Part shown: piece after piece, positions 1 to 9,957 of the stretch
Position numbering within the stretch: position 1 is the first letter of the stretch
How the letters are laid out: each line of letters starts with the position of its first letter
From: an uncultured Syntrophales bacterium
GTDB taxonomy: Bacteria; Desulfobacterota; Syntrophia; Syntrophales; JADFWA01
DNA: 57,103 nt
NCBI GenBank assembly: GCA_964454305.1
Contig: CAYVXX010000001.1
Location: 1 to 57,103, forward strand
Reading direction: 5' to 3'
Translations under genes and position numbers: made by a program
Notes under the pieces: model-generated
What the model saw: the letters and a program-made list of their open reading frames with translations, nothing else
Told to the model about the DNA's origin: nothing
Database searches by the model: none

Positions 1-352
1 CCACAACAATGTTTTTCCCCTCAAGATAGTCAATAGGCCACGAATTGCCCAGGGGTCCTCTGAGACCGATCCGGTTACCCTCATCAAGATTATGGAGCGC
101 AGTGGTGACGACACCTGCCTTCTGAACTGTAAACTCAAGATAGTCCGGCTGGGTCGGTGACGACGCAATACCGATCGGGGATTCCCCCTTGCCGAAAATA
201 GAAAGCTCAGCAAACTGTCCCGGCAGATACCTGAAGCGTTCTTTTTCGTCTTGACGGGCAAAAACCACCCGGAACGTCTTAATATCCTTCGTGTCCACCT
301 CCGTTATGATCTTCTCCACATCAACAGAAATCGGCATATATGGATTCTGCAT
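1..352 (-). CDS. FAD/NAD(P)-binding oxidoreductase, FlxA/AsrB/hydrogenase gamma-like (runs off the window edge)
   Basis: Not in the ORF track. Manual translation from ATG at 352 gives MQNPYMPISVDVEKIITEVDTKDIKTFRV...YLPGQFAELSIFGKGESPIGIASSP...GLRGPLGN, an FNR-type FAD-binding N-terminus; follows the flxB-like gene. Confidence 0.85.
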   Translation of the reverse strand, partial: MQNPYMPISVDVEKIITEVDTKDIKTFRVVFARQDEKERFRYLPGQFAELSIFGKGESPIGIASSPTQPDYLEFTVQKAGVVTTALHNLDEGNRIGLRGPLGNSWPIDYLEGKNIVV

Positions 353-377
353 TACTGTCTCCCAAGAGAAAGAAGAA

Positions 378-1418
378 TTATAGTTTCAAAGCTCTCAATT
401 CAGATATATCCTTCACTATCTTTCTTATATCTATATTAACGGGGCAATCTCTCACACACCTGCCACAGCCGACACAGGAAATAGCCTGAAAATTGTCCAC
501 ATAATACTTAAACTTGTGCATCACCCGCTGTCTCCATCTTCCCTTCTGGGACGGTCTTGGATTGTGGCCGGACGCTTCATGGGTAAATAACCAGTACATA
601 CATGAGTCCCAGGACCTTATCCGCCTTCCACGATCACCCTTGCTCTCATCACTGATATCGAAACAGTGACAGGTCGGACAGAGATAGGTGCAGGTTCCAC
701 AGGCAAGGCACCTTTGGTGGATTGAATCCCAGAATGGGTGTTCAAAATTGTCATCCAGCCAGGCCTTGATCTCCTTCGCCGGAATATGGGATTTAATCTC
801 CTTTTCAGCATTATCGGAAAGTTTCTTTTTCATTGCATCCACAGCGTCATCAGTCTCCGAAAGGCCTTCAAACTTTTCAAGAAGCTTCTTCCCCTTAGGG
901 GTCAGGGATTCGACAAAATAAGTATCACCGAGATCTGTCAACAGTATATCGCTTCCCTCTGAAGACATGGGATGTCCCCCCACCGACGTGCAGAAACAGG
1001 TTGTGTAGGGAGGGTGCACGCAGGCGAGCGTGATAATCGTTGTTTTATCTCTTCTGTCAATATAGTAGGTATCCCTGTACTCCTTCTGGTCAAAAACCAT
1101 ATCCAGGAGGACAAAACTCAAAGCATCACAGGGACGAACCCCAAAGAGTACGGCCTCTTTTGCTTCCTCACCGCTTCCCGAAATCTCCATTCCCCTGTCG
1201 GTTCTGGCATATTTCATCATTGCTTCAGTATGAGGAAAGAAAATATTTTTGGGGGCATTTTTAGAATTGAGATAGTCTACTAAAGGTTCCATCCCCTCTT
1301 CCAAAACCCTGAAAAGAACATCTCTTCCTTCCCTAACCGGTGCATAAACCGGCATCTCTTCAGAAATTCTTTTTATAACACCGGAAAGCATTTCCTTTTT
1401 TATTAGCCTTTTTTCCAT
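378..1418 (-). CDS. 4Fe-4S dicluster protein, FlxB/AsrA-like
   Basis: GVRPCD, CFCTS, CLACGTCTYLCPTCHC and CVGCGRCVRDCP motifs; within the hdr-flx cluster. Confidence 0.85.
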   Translation of the reverse strand: MEKRLIKKEMLSGVIKRISEEMPVYAPVREGRDVLFRVLEEGMEPLVDYLNSKNAPKNIFFPHTEAMMKYARTDRGMEISGSGEEAKEAVLFGVRPCDALSFVLLDMVFDQKEYRDTYYIDRRDKTTIITLACVHPPYTTCFCTSVGGHPMSSEGSDILLTDLGDTYFVESLTPKGKKLLEKFEGLSETDDAVDAMKKKLSDNAEKEIKSHIPAKEIKAWLDDNFEHPFWDSIHQRCLACGTCTYLCPTCHCFDISDESKGDRGRRIRSWDSCMYWLFTHEASGHNPRPSQKGRWRQRVMHKFKYYVDNFQAISCVGCGRCVRDCPVNIDIRKIVKDISELRALKL

Positions 1419-1470
1419 CCCTTTCCTTAGTAAATTCGCTTGGGGTTATATGTAATTAACTAAAATCCTT

Positions 1471-1511
1471 AACTTTAGGCACTTTAGATCACTTTAAACT
1501 TTAGGCACTTT
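1471..1511. repeat. Short-period tandem array (ACTTTAGGC/ACTTTAGATC units)
   Basis: aactttaggcactttagatcactttaaactttaggcacttt; the same unit recurs near 24840, 27295 and 53684. Confidence 0.7.
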
Positions 1512-2363
1512 TCATATAAGACCCAAAGAGCCAAGGAGGGGTCTTGGATCAACATTGTGCATCTTGAACCATTTATCCGGTCCCGGGAGACCCATTGCCA
1601 GGGCAATTAGTTCCGTAAAGTAAAATGCTGGAAGTCTCGTACCTTCACTGGCCCTCATATCCAAATTTGCCATACAGATCGGACAGGCAGTAACCAGGCA
1701 ATTAGCACCCGCTTCTTCCGCCATCCTCATCAACTTACCTACCAGGTGAACAACAATTTCAGTCTTGCCCAGGGTAAGACTTCCCCCACAGCAATCCGTC
1801 TTATAGGACCAGGGGCGCGATTCGGCACCAAGGCTTTCCATAATCTTATCCATCATGTACGGATTCTCGTAGTTGTCGAACTCACAGATCTCCGGAGGTC
1901 TCAGCAGAAGACAGCCGTAATAAGAGACCGGTTTAAGACCTGACAACTCTCTCGTCACCTTTTCATTGAGGGTATCGAGGCCAATCTCATTGAAGATAAC
2001 ATCCACAGGATTCCTCACTTCAATGGTTCCCCCGTATTTTTCACCGATGACATTCTCCGTCTCAATTCTCAGCGATTCATCTCTTTGAAGATGATACTGC
2101 GCGCTTTTAAAACGGTTAAAGCAGGCCGCACAGGGAACCATCATCACATCCGGCCCATCCTTTTCTGCAGCGACGAGATTTCTGGCAGGAAGGGCGACGG
2201 ACAATTTAAAATTGGTCATGTGGGCGGAAGAAGCGCCGCAACAGGACCAGTCTTCGATTTCCTTGAGTTCGATCCCCAAGGCTCTACTTACAGCCCTAAC
2301 CGATTGATCATATTCTTTTGCCGTGGCATGGAGGGAACACCCCGGATAATATGAAACCTTCAA
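1512..2363 (-). CDS. hdrB: Heterodisulfide reductase subunit B
   Basis: YYPGC, WSCCG...VPCAAC and YYGC...DCCGG...TACPIC: two CCG domains. Confidence 0.92.
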   Translation of the reverse strand: MKVSYYPGCSLHATAKEYDQSVRAVSRALGIELKEIEDWSCCGASSAHMTNFKLSVALPARNLVAAEKDGPDVMMVPCAACFNRFKSAQYHLQRDESLRIETENVIGEKYGGTIEVRNPVDVIFNEIGLDTLNEKVTRELSGLKPVSYYGCLLLRPPEICEFDNYENPYMMDKIMESLGAESRPWSYKTDCCGGSLTLGKTEIVVHLVGKLMRMAEEAGANCLVTACPICMANLDMRASEGTRLPAFYFTELIALAMGLPGPDKWFKMHNVDPRPLLGSLGLI

Positions 2364-2418
2364 TTATATCCCCCTTGAGAGCTTTGAAAAATATGATTCT
2401 TCGATGCTCAAAACATTT

Positions 2419-2949
2419 TCAGCTATTTTTTCTCGTTTCCTCAAATATCTTTTTAACTGATTTCATATCTTTTGTTCTCGGCGACAGAAAAGAAAGCTTG
2501 CCTTTCATAAACATTTTTATACCGATCGCCATATCAGAAAAGTAATCACCTGATTTTAACTTATAATCAACAATCATAAGGGGTTCATTGATACGCCCAC
2601 CCATCTTTATGTTTGAGAGAAAGGCTTCATGGAATTTCAGTATGCGTTTTTCCTTAACATCTACGCCCGCTTCTAACGCCATCTCTCGCAAGACATCCAT
2701 CATCCTGGCTATATCAACCTCATTGGGACAGCGTGTAATACAAGTCTCACAGGAAGCACATAACCAGATAGTAGAACTGTTGAGTACCTCGTCTTCCTTG
2801 CCCATCTGAATCATCTTTATGATTGTATCTATATTGTAATCCATCGCAAAGGTTACAGGACACCCTGCCGTACACTTTCGGCAATGATAGCATCTCTGTA
2901 TCAGGACATCTCCTATCCTTGCATTAACCTTATCTAAAAAAGTCTCCAT
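2419..2949 (-). CDS. hdrC: Heterodisulfide reductase subunit C
   Basis: CYHCRKCTAGCP and IWLCASCETCITRCP; adjacent to hdrB. Confidence 0.92.
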   Translation of the reverse strand: METFLDKVNARIGDVLIQRCYHCRKCTAGCPVTFAMDYNIDTIIKMIQMGKEDEVLNSSTIWLCASCETCITRCPNEVDIARMMDVLREMALEAGVDVKEKRILKFHEAFLSNIKMGGRINEPLMIVDYKLKSGDYFSDMAIGIKMFMKGKLSFLSPRTKDMKSVKKIFEETRKNS

Positions 2950-2967
2950 CTCTTCTCCGCCATTTTT

Positions 2968-3978
2968 TTACTCAGGCTCAAATATAAACGCGTCTTTATC
3001 CGTATCCCTGAAAGTGGCAAGAGGCGGGGGTTCATCAAGCACAGCTCCCACCCTATGGTTAAACAGTTCAAACCCATCCTTATCCAGCTTTTTCAAAAAC
3101 TTCCTCAAGTCTACACCCATGGGACATACTTCAACACAGGCACCGCAATCAACACAACGTCCTGCCATATGAAATATTCTCATAATCTGAAACACCTGCG
3201 TGTCCGTTTCGTCCATACCGATTCCGAGCCATCTTGGCTGGCTCTGTTCAACAAAACAAACTTTGCAGTAGCAGGAAGGGCAAACGTTACGGCAAGCATA
3301 ACACCGTATACATTTGCTCATTTCACCTGTAAAATAGGCCCAGCGTTCTTCAAGCGGCCGTTTCTCGAATTCATCAACCTGATCGTATTCCCGATCGGGA
3401 CTCATCTGCGGGGCGTTTACGGCTGTCATAATATCTGAAATAATCGGATTATTGAAACGGCACGTAAGGCAATTGTCGGCAATGACGTCCCTTAGAGGAA
3501 TATCTTTAACGCCACTTACCGTTTCAACCACGACCTTATCCCCTTCAACTCCCCCTTTGAGTATCTCCTCGCCACCTGCCCTATCGGTGATCTTTTCCCG
3601 GGCTACATACCCCGTGCAGGGAACACCGATAATTACCACCTCATCCCTGTGATACTGCCTTTCCTGAAGATGTATTATCAGGGATCTGGAAGTGCACCCT
3701 CTTGCAACAACTCCTATGACCTTTTTCGTCCTCTCCCCGGGTTTAACATTCTTTTGTGATTCCTTATGCTGAAAAAGCAAATCGTGAACATACTTGGCTA
3801 AATTCTGCCGGCAGAAGAAATCCCAGACTAGCCTGTCTGTATCCTCGGGATTTGATATAAAGCAGGGTGTGGAACAGAGAGGAAGTGTCCCTTTTTCATA
3901 TCCCACAATGACGTCAACTTTTTTCTCAGCCAACAGTCGTTTTGCTTCTTCCCTTAGTTTCTCTTCTATACTTTTCAC
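2968..3978 (-). CDS. 4Fe-4S protein, FlxC/FdhB-like
   Basis: CIRCYACRNVCPSCYC and GRCVDCGACVEVCP; follows the mvhD/flxD-like gene. Confidence 0.82.
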   Translation of the reverse strand: MKSIEEKLREEAKRLLAEKKVDVIVGYEKGTLPLCSTPCFISNPEDTDRLVWDFFCRQNLAKYVHDLLFQHKESQKNVKPGERTKKVIGVVARGCTSRSLIIHLQERQYHRDEVVIIGVPCTGYVAREKITDRAGGEEILKGGVEGDKVVVETVSGVKDIPLRDVIADNCLTCRFNNPIISDIMTAVNAPQMSPDREYDQVDEFEKRPLEERWAYFTGEMSKCIRCYACRNVCPSCYCKVCFVEQSQPRWLGIGMDETDTQVFQIMRIFHMAGRCVDCGACVEVCPMGVDLRKFLKKLDKDGFELFNHRVGAVLDEPPPLATFRDTDKDAFIFEPE

Positions 3979-4060
3979 TACTTCTGATTCCCCGTTCGCT
4001 AACCAGCTTTCAGCACTCAGCTATCAGCTATCAGTAACAATAAAGTCTCTTATGCCAATA

Positions 4061-4197
4061 TTGATGGACTCGTAAAAAGTCGAAATATGCACAATCTTGT
4101 CGTTCCCGTGAAAACGGGAATCCAGTCTTTTCAAGTGCTTAACCCTCTATGGATTCCCGCCTACGCGGGAATGACAGACTTTTTACGAACTTGTCAA
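4061..4197. mobile_element. MITE-like element with ~21 bp imperfect terminal inverted repeats and internal REP-like palindromes
   Basis: Ends ttgatggactcgtaaaaagtc and gactttttacgaacttgtcaa; inside are ttcccgtgaaaacgggaa and attcccgcctacgcgggaat; the same ends occur at 9231 and 23956. Confidence 0.7.
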
Positions 4198-4280
4198 TTT
4201 TTTCATTTACTTTTATCAATTTAACTAATTAAAATGATTAAATCGCTTTTGTTTTCCTGATCCCTGACCCCTGCTATCTA

Positions 4281-4718
4281 TTATATCCCTTTTACCAGTT
4301 TATCCAAAGGCCCGAGTGCCTTAACAGCATCCGTCACCCCTTGGACAACCCTGGCAAATCTCTCCCCCTCAGATGCAGAAATCCATGTAAATACAGTCCT
4401 GTCAGGTTCTATACCGATGTATGAAAGAAAATTCTTTAACATGGCAAATTTCCTCTTGGCAGACAAATTTCCTGTCAGATAGTGGCATTCTCCCGGGTGA
4501 CAACCGGACACAAGCACACCGTCCGCCCCCTCCTGAAGAGCCTTGACGATATAAAAGGGATTTATCCTTCCCGTACACGGAACTCTTACTATTCTCACAT
4601 TCGGAGGATATTGTATCCGGCTTATGCCTGCCAAGTCAGCCCCGGCATAGGTGCACCAGTTACAGCAAAAAGCAACGATCTTCGGCTCCCAGTTTTTATT
4701 TGGTTTGTTTTCAGACAT
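4281..4718 (-). CDS. mvhD: MvhD/FlxD [2Fe-2S] hydrogenase iron-sulfur subunit
   Basis: KIVAFCCNWCTYAGADLAG, RVPCTGR, GADGVLVSGCHPGECHY. Confidence 0.92.
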   Translation of the reverse strand: MSENKPNKNWEPKIVAFCCNWCTYAGADLAGISRIQYPPNVRIVRVPCTGRINPFYIVKALQEGADGVLVSGCHPGECHYLTGNLSAKRKFAMLKNFLSYIGIEPDRTVFTWISASEGERFARVVQGVTDAVKALGPLDKLVKGI

Positions 4719-4728
4719 ATATACTCTT

Positions 4729-7700
4729 CTAACCTGTCAGGGCAGCTATCTGCGCCAGAATTTCCTCATTATTAAATCCATTCAAATCAACCGCATTCAT
4801 CCTGCACGATGCGGTACACACACCACACCCCTTACAAAGGACCGCGTTCACCACCGCGCAGCCCTCGTTCTCATCCACCTCTATGGCAGCAAAGGGACAG
4901 TTTTCCTCGCAGAGTCCGCAGGCCATGCATCTCTCCTTGATTACATAGGCAACTTTTCCTTCAGATTCTATAAAATCCTTGGTGAGAATAGTGCACGCCC
5001 TGGATACGGCGGCATTGGCCTGAGTGACGGTCTCATCGCTCATCTTCGGAGAATGGGCCATCCCACAGAGAAAAACACCATCCGTCGCAAAATCTACAGG
5101 CCGTAACTTTACATGGGCCTCAAGGAAGAACCCATCCTGATTCAACGATACTTTCAGCATCCTCCCGATAAGATTATTATCAGGATTGGCAGCAACACCG
5201 ACACTCAGTGCCAGGATGTCCGCTTCAAGCTCTACCGGTTCACCCACCACAGGGTCAAAAACTGTCACGGAAATTTGGGAGTCAACTCCCTTCACTGTGG
5301 GTTTTCTGTCTTCATCAAAGCAGATAAACTTAACATTGGCCTCCCGCGCTTTTGTATAGTAATCCTCCTTAAATCCATACGTCCTGATATCCCTGTAAAG
5401 GACGGTGACATCCTTGTTTGGATCGGCTTCTTTTATCTTCAGGGCATTTTTTATTGCCTCACTGCAACAATACCTGCTGCAGTAAGGCCTCTCGGTATTT
5501 CTTGAACCGACACACTGTATCATGACCACGCTCTTCGCATCGGCAACCTTTCTATCCTTTTCATAAATGAGCTTTTCAAGCTCACGCTGGGTCACAACGT
5601 TATCATTTTGACCATAGAGATATTCATCTGTCTCAAGTTCGTATGCACCAGCCGCTACAATGACCACACCATGTTCAAACCGGTGCTCGACTCCCCGGGC
5701 TTCAATTGTAGTCTCGTAATTGCCGATAAATCCCTCGATATCTTTTATCTCTGCCCCGGTATAAACATGTATCAAATCACTCTTTTCAACACGGTCCAGC
5801 AGTCGCGCCATATGGTCAACGGCATCAAGGCCTTCCAGGGTATTGTACAGCTTACGATAATTTCCACCCAGTTCCTCTTCCTTCTCTATAATATAGGACT
5901 CAAAACCCTGATCAGCAAGAGAAAGGGCAGCCGTTATCCCGGCAAGACCACCGCCGATAATAACTGTTTTCTTGTTGATGCCAAGCTGCCCCGGCGTCAA
6001 GGGCTTTAAATACTCAGCCTTGGCAACAGACATACGGACAAGGTCCTTTGCCTTCTCCGTTGCCGCTTCAGGTTCATTCATGTGGACCCACGAGTCCTGA
6101 TCCCTGATATTTGCCATCTCAAAGAGGTGCCTGTTCATGCCGGCATTTTCACAATTGTCCTGAAAAAGACCTTCATGTGTCCGGGGAGAGCAGGACGCTA
6201 CCACGACCCTGGTAAGATTATGCTCCTTGATTACCTCAGCCATCTTTACCGCCGTGTCCTGGGAACAGGTAAAGAGGTTCTCCTCAACATAAACCACATT
6301 GGGAAGGGCTTTTGTATATTTAACCACTGCAGGCACATCTACCACTCCTCCTATATTGATTCCGCAATGGCAGACAAAAACACCGATCCTCGGGCCAACC
6401 CCTCTCAGATCTCTTTCCAAAGGAACTTTTTCTTCCGCAATCAAAGTCCCCCGCCGGGAAGCCAGCAGACCTTCTGCACATGCTACGGCGCCACTCGCTT
6501 CCATAATAGTTTCAGGGATGTCCTTCGGGCCGCCAAAGGCTCCACAGACAAAGACACCGTCACGGGAGGTCTGGACAGGATTTTCGAGAGAGGTTTTGCA
6601 GAAACCGTGTTCTTCCAACTCTATCCCCAAAGTCTTAGCAAGTTTCGGGGCATCCTTTGGCGGGGTTAACCCTACTGAGAGGACCACCATATCGAACTCC
6701 TCCTCAGTCAGCGTCCCGTCTTCCATAATGTATGTGATAAGGAGATTTTTCGTCCTCTGCATTTCCTTAATTGTCGACGGTATCGACCTGATATATCTAA
6801 CGCCGTACTCCTCCCTGGCCCTTTCGACAAACCGGTCAAAATCTTTCCCATAGGCGCGGATATCCATATAAAATATCGAGGGTTCAAGCCCGCCGAGATG
6901 TTCTTTGGCGATAATCGCCTCTTTCGTCGCGTACATACAGCATACGGAAGAACACCAGCTATTTCCGCAGGATATATCTCTCGAACCCACGCACTGTATA
7001 AAGGCTATCTTTTCAGGCTGCATGCCATCGGAAATTCTTTTAACATGACCGAAATAGGGGCCGGACGCGGATAGTATTCTTTCAAATTGTATACTTGTTA
7101 CTACATTATCATAAAGACCAAATCCGTATTCTCCTTTCAGCCTCGCATCAAAGACTTCAAAGCCGGGGGCGGCAATAATAGCACCGACCTCGATGTTTTC
7201 TTCCTCATCTTTCATCTCATGGTCGACGGCACCGGCCAGACAGACATCAACACACCGGTAACATTCAGAGCATACCCCACAGGCAAGACACCTTCCGGCC
7301 TCTCCAACAGCATCCCCCTCATCCAAAATATTTACAACTTCACTAAAACCGGCTATTCTCTTTTCCGGGTCGAGAATCGACGGTCTATATCGTTCAATCT
7401 TCTTTATCCCGCCGGTATAGGCTTTATTGGCGATATTCTGAGTCCAGTCCTTCTCCCTGCCCGCCTTAATATCCTCTCCCCTCAAATAACGGTCTATGGA
7501 AACAGCCGCCTCTTTCCCGGCATTTATAGCCTCAACCACAGTGGCAGGGCCCGTGACATCATCACCACCCGCAAAAACACCCTCCACACCGGTAGCAAAG
7601 GTCACCGGGTCAACTTCAAAAGTGTTCCACCTGTTGATAGAAATTCGACTTTTCTCCGGAACAAATGACAGGTCACTTGTCTGGCCTATAGCAGGAATAA

Positions 7701-9159
7701 TCGTGTTGACTTCGAGTATAAATTCTGATCCCTCTATCGGAACGGGACTTCTGCGCCCGCTCTCATCAGGTTTGCCCAGCTCCATGCGGACACATTCGAC
7801 ACCGGTCACTTTACCGTCCCTGCCAAGTATCTTGACAGGCGCTGCCAGATATTCTATCTTAACTTTTTCCTCTATTGCTCCTTCAATCTCTTCAGATAAG
7901 GCGGGCATTTCGGCACGTGATCTCCTGTAGAGCACGAAAGCATCTCTGGAGCCGGTTCTGAGCGCCGTACGGACGGCATCCATCGCAACATTCCCGCCAC
8001 CGATCACTGCAACCCTGTCCCCCAGGAAGACCTCTTCACCCAGGCTTACCCTCCTCAGGAAATCGATCCCGTGAACGACCCCTTCAAGGTCTTCTCCGGG
8101 AACGTCAAGTCTGCTGCTGACATGGGAGCCTACACCAATAAATAAGGCATCGTATTGATCTTTGAGGTTACCCATTGTGACATCTCTGCCGACTTTTGTG
8201 TTGAGCTTGATTTCAACGCCCATGTCTTCAATGATTTTTATTTCCGCGTTGAGGATGTCTTTGGGGAGGCGGTATTCCGGAATACCCACCGTGAGCATTC
8301 CGCCGGCAACTGGAAGGGCCTCAAATACAGTAACCTGATACCCTTCGATGGCAAGATAATAGGCCGCACTCAGCCCGGCAGGACCGGATCCGATTATGGC
8401 AACCTTTTTATTCTTCTTTTCCTTTATTTCCGGAATATACTTTGTATTATCATAAAGATCGAGGTCGGCCACAAATCTCTTCAACTGCATAATGGCAATT
8501 GGTTCCTCCACCTCTCCTCTCTTACAGACCGACTCACAAGGATGGTGGCAAACCCTGCCGCAGACGGCTGGGAACGGATTGTCTTTCTTAATAAGCTTGA
8601 GCGCCTCCCTGTATTTCCCCTCGGCAATTAAGGCCACATAGCCCTGTACGCTGATATGGGTCGGACATGCTGCCTTGCACGGTGCTGTCCCCAATTTGTC
8701 TATGGCAAAAGCACTTGGTATGGCTTGGGGTAAATGCCGGTATATGGCCTTTCTCTTATCCAGGTTCTCGTTAAAACCCGCTGGAACGGATATAGGACAG
8801 ACATTAGCACAATCACCACATCCGGTACATTTATCCAGATCGACGAACCGCGGCCTCTTCGAAAGTTTCACCCTAAAGCGCCCCGGCTCCCCTTCAACAG
8901 ATTCTACCGATCTCCTCGTCATGATTTCCACATTCGGGTGTCTTCCAACTTCAACCAGTTTTGGAGACAGGATACAGGTAGAACAGTCGTTGGTAGGAAA
9001 TGTCTTATCGAGCTGAGCCATGACACCGCCGATACTGATATCCTTTTCAACGAGGTATACCTTTATCCCGGAATTGGCAAGGTCAAGGGAAGCCTGGATT
9101 CCTGCTATTCCCGAACCGACAACCATCACTGCGCCAATTTTTTCACTATCCTGTAACAA
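4729..9159 (-). CDS. Large HdrA-family flavoprotein (HdrL type): duplicated HdrA modules with an inserted GltD/NfnB-like NAD(P)H-binding module
   Basis: GGVMAQLDKTFPTNDCSTCIL; PCKAACP/VCGRVCHHPCE; GSGPAG and GGGNVAMD; two QCVGSR...CS motifs; C-terminal 2x[4Fe-4S]; 1476 aa. Confidence 0.88.
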   Translation of the reverse strand: MLQDSEKIGAVMVVGSGIAGIQASLDLANSGIKVYLVEKDISIGGVMAQLDKTFPTNDCSTCILSPKLVEVGRHPNVEIMTRRSVESVEGEPGRFRVKLSKRPRFVDLDKCTGCGDCANVCPISVPAGFNENLDKRKAIYRHLPQAIPSAFAIDKLGTAPCKAACPTHISVQGYVALIAEGKYREALKLIKKDNPFPAVCGRVCHHPCESVCKRGEVEEPIAIMQLKRFVADLDLYDNTKYIPEIKEKKNKKVAIIGSGPAGLSAAYYLAIEGYQVTVFEALPVAGGMLTVGIPEYRLPKDILNAEIKIIEDMGVEIKLNTKVGRDVTMGNLKDQYDALFIGVGSHVSSRLDVPGEDLEGVVHGIDFLRRVSLGEEVFLGDRVAVIGGGNVAMDAVRTALRTGSRDAFVLYRRSRAEMPALSEEIEGAIEEKVKIEYLAAPVKILGRDGKVTGVECVRMELGKPDESGRRSPVPIEGSEFILEVNTIIPAIGQTSDLSFVPEKSRISINRWNTFEVDPVTFATGVEGVFAGGDDVTGPATVVEAINAGKEAAVSIDRYLRGEDIKAGREKDWTQNIANKAYTGGIKKIERYRPSILDPEKRIAGFSEVVNILDEGDAVGEAGRCLACGVCSECYRCVDVCLAGAVDHEMKDEEENIEVGAIIAAPGFEVFDARLKGEYGFGLYDNVVTSIQFERILSASGPYFGHVKRISDGMQPEKIAFIQCVGSRDISCGNSWCSSVCCMYATKEAIIAKEHLGGLEPSIFYMDIRAYGKDFDRFVERAREEYGVRYIRSIPSTIKEMQRTKNLLITYIMEDGTLTEEEFDMVVLSVGLTPPKDAPKLAKTLGIELEEHGFCKTSLENPVQTSRDGVFVCGAFGGPKDIPETIMEASGAVACAEGLLASRRGTLIAEEKVPLERDLRGVGPRIGVFVCHCGINIGGVVDVPAVVKYTKALPNVVYVEENLFTCSQDTAVKMAEVIKEHNLTRVVVASCSPRTHEGLFQDNCENAGMNRHLFEMANIRDQDSWVHMNEPEAATEKAKDLVRMSVAKAEYLKPLTPGQLGINKKTVIIGGGLAGITAALSLADQGFESYIIEKEEELGGNYRKLYNTLEGLDAVDHMARLLDRVEKSDLIHVYTGAEIKDIEGFIGNYETTIEARGVEHRFEHGVVIVAAGAYELETDEYLYGQNDNVVTQRELEKLIYEKDRKVADAKSVVMIQCVGSRNTERPYCSRYCCSEAIKNALKIKEADPNKDVTVLYRDIRTYGFKEDYYTKAREANVKFICFDEDRKPTVKGVDSQISVTVFDPVVGEPVELEADILALSVGVAANPDNNLIGRMLKVSLNQDGFFLEAHVKLRPVDFATDGVFLCGMAHSPKMSDETVTQANAAVSRACTILTKDFIESEGKVAYVIKERCMACGLCEENCPFAAIEVDENEGCAVVNAVLCKGCGVCTASCRMNAVDLNGFNNEEILAQIAALTG

Positions 9160-9230
9160 CGTTCACCCCTCAAAATTGATGATCTTACAAAAATGACAAA
9201 GGATAGATATAACATTATCAAGAATCACGA

Positions 9231-9269
9231 TTGATATATTCGTAAAACATCGGTTTTACGAGACTGTCA
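9231..9269. repeat. Collapsed copy of the TIR-type MITE (both ends, almost no interior)
   Basis: ttgatatattcgtaaaacatcggttttacgagactgtca; overlaps the engB stop codon. Confidence 0.55.
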
Positions 9270-9860
9270 TTTTTGAGTGCTTGTCATCTTTTCTATCTCT
9301 TTCCAGACAGTCCCCTTTCCTTCGCCCGTCTTTGCAGAAAACAGAGCTATGTTACTGTCAAGAGACAATCCCAATATCTCCTTTATGCGTTGCTGTCGAA
9401 TCTTTATCTGGTTCTTGGAAAGTTTGTCAATTTTTGTCAGGACGACAAGAAAACAAATACGGTAAAAACGGAACCATTCAATAAGAGAAAGATCGTTCTC
9501 AGACGGATCCCTTCTTACATCAAGGATTAAAATAACAAGGCGCAAATTCTCCCGTTCTCTAAAATATCTCTCCACCATGGGCCCCCAATCCATCTTCACA
9601 GAAATGGGCACCCTGGCATATCCATAACCGGGAAGGTCGACAAAACAAAGCAGGTCGTTTATCACAAAAAAATTTACAAGTCTCGTCCTTCCGGGGGTTG
9701 TACTCGTTTTGGCAAGCCTTTTTCGATTAACAAGCACGTTAATAAGCGAAGATTTTCCCACGTTGGATCTGCCGGCAAAGGCCACCTCAGGAAGTAAACT
9801 CTTTGGATACTGAGAGGGTTCCCTGGCACTCTTTATAAAGTTTACCGATGTTATTTTCAT
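9267..9860 (-). CDS. engB: Ribosome biogenesis GTPase YihA/YsxC/EngB
   Basis: PEVAFAGRSNVGKSS, TPGRT, DLPGYG, TKID. Confidence 0.95.
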   Translation of the reverse strand: MKITSVNFIKSAREPSQYPKSLLPEVAFAGRSNVGKSSLINVLVNRKRLAKTSTTPGRTRLVNFFVINDLLCFVDLPGYGYARVPISVKMDWGPMVERYFRERENLRLVILILDVRRDPSENDLSLIEWFRFYRICFLVVLTKIDKLSKNQIKIRQQRIKEILGLSLDSNIALFSAKTGEGKGTVWKEIEKMTSTQK

Positions 9861-9957
9861 AGTAATTGTTTAATATTGATAAAATTGTAAAAGGGCTAAA
9901 ATGCCCCTTCCCTTATATGGAATAGATCGTTGATTACTTACTGCCAAACACTCATCA

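Noticed and set aside
4281-9159. Selenocysteine recoding in HdrL/MvhD
   Set aside because: Both ORFs are uninterrupted and have Cys at the relevant motifs.
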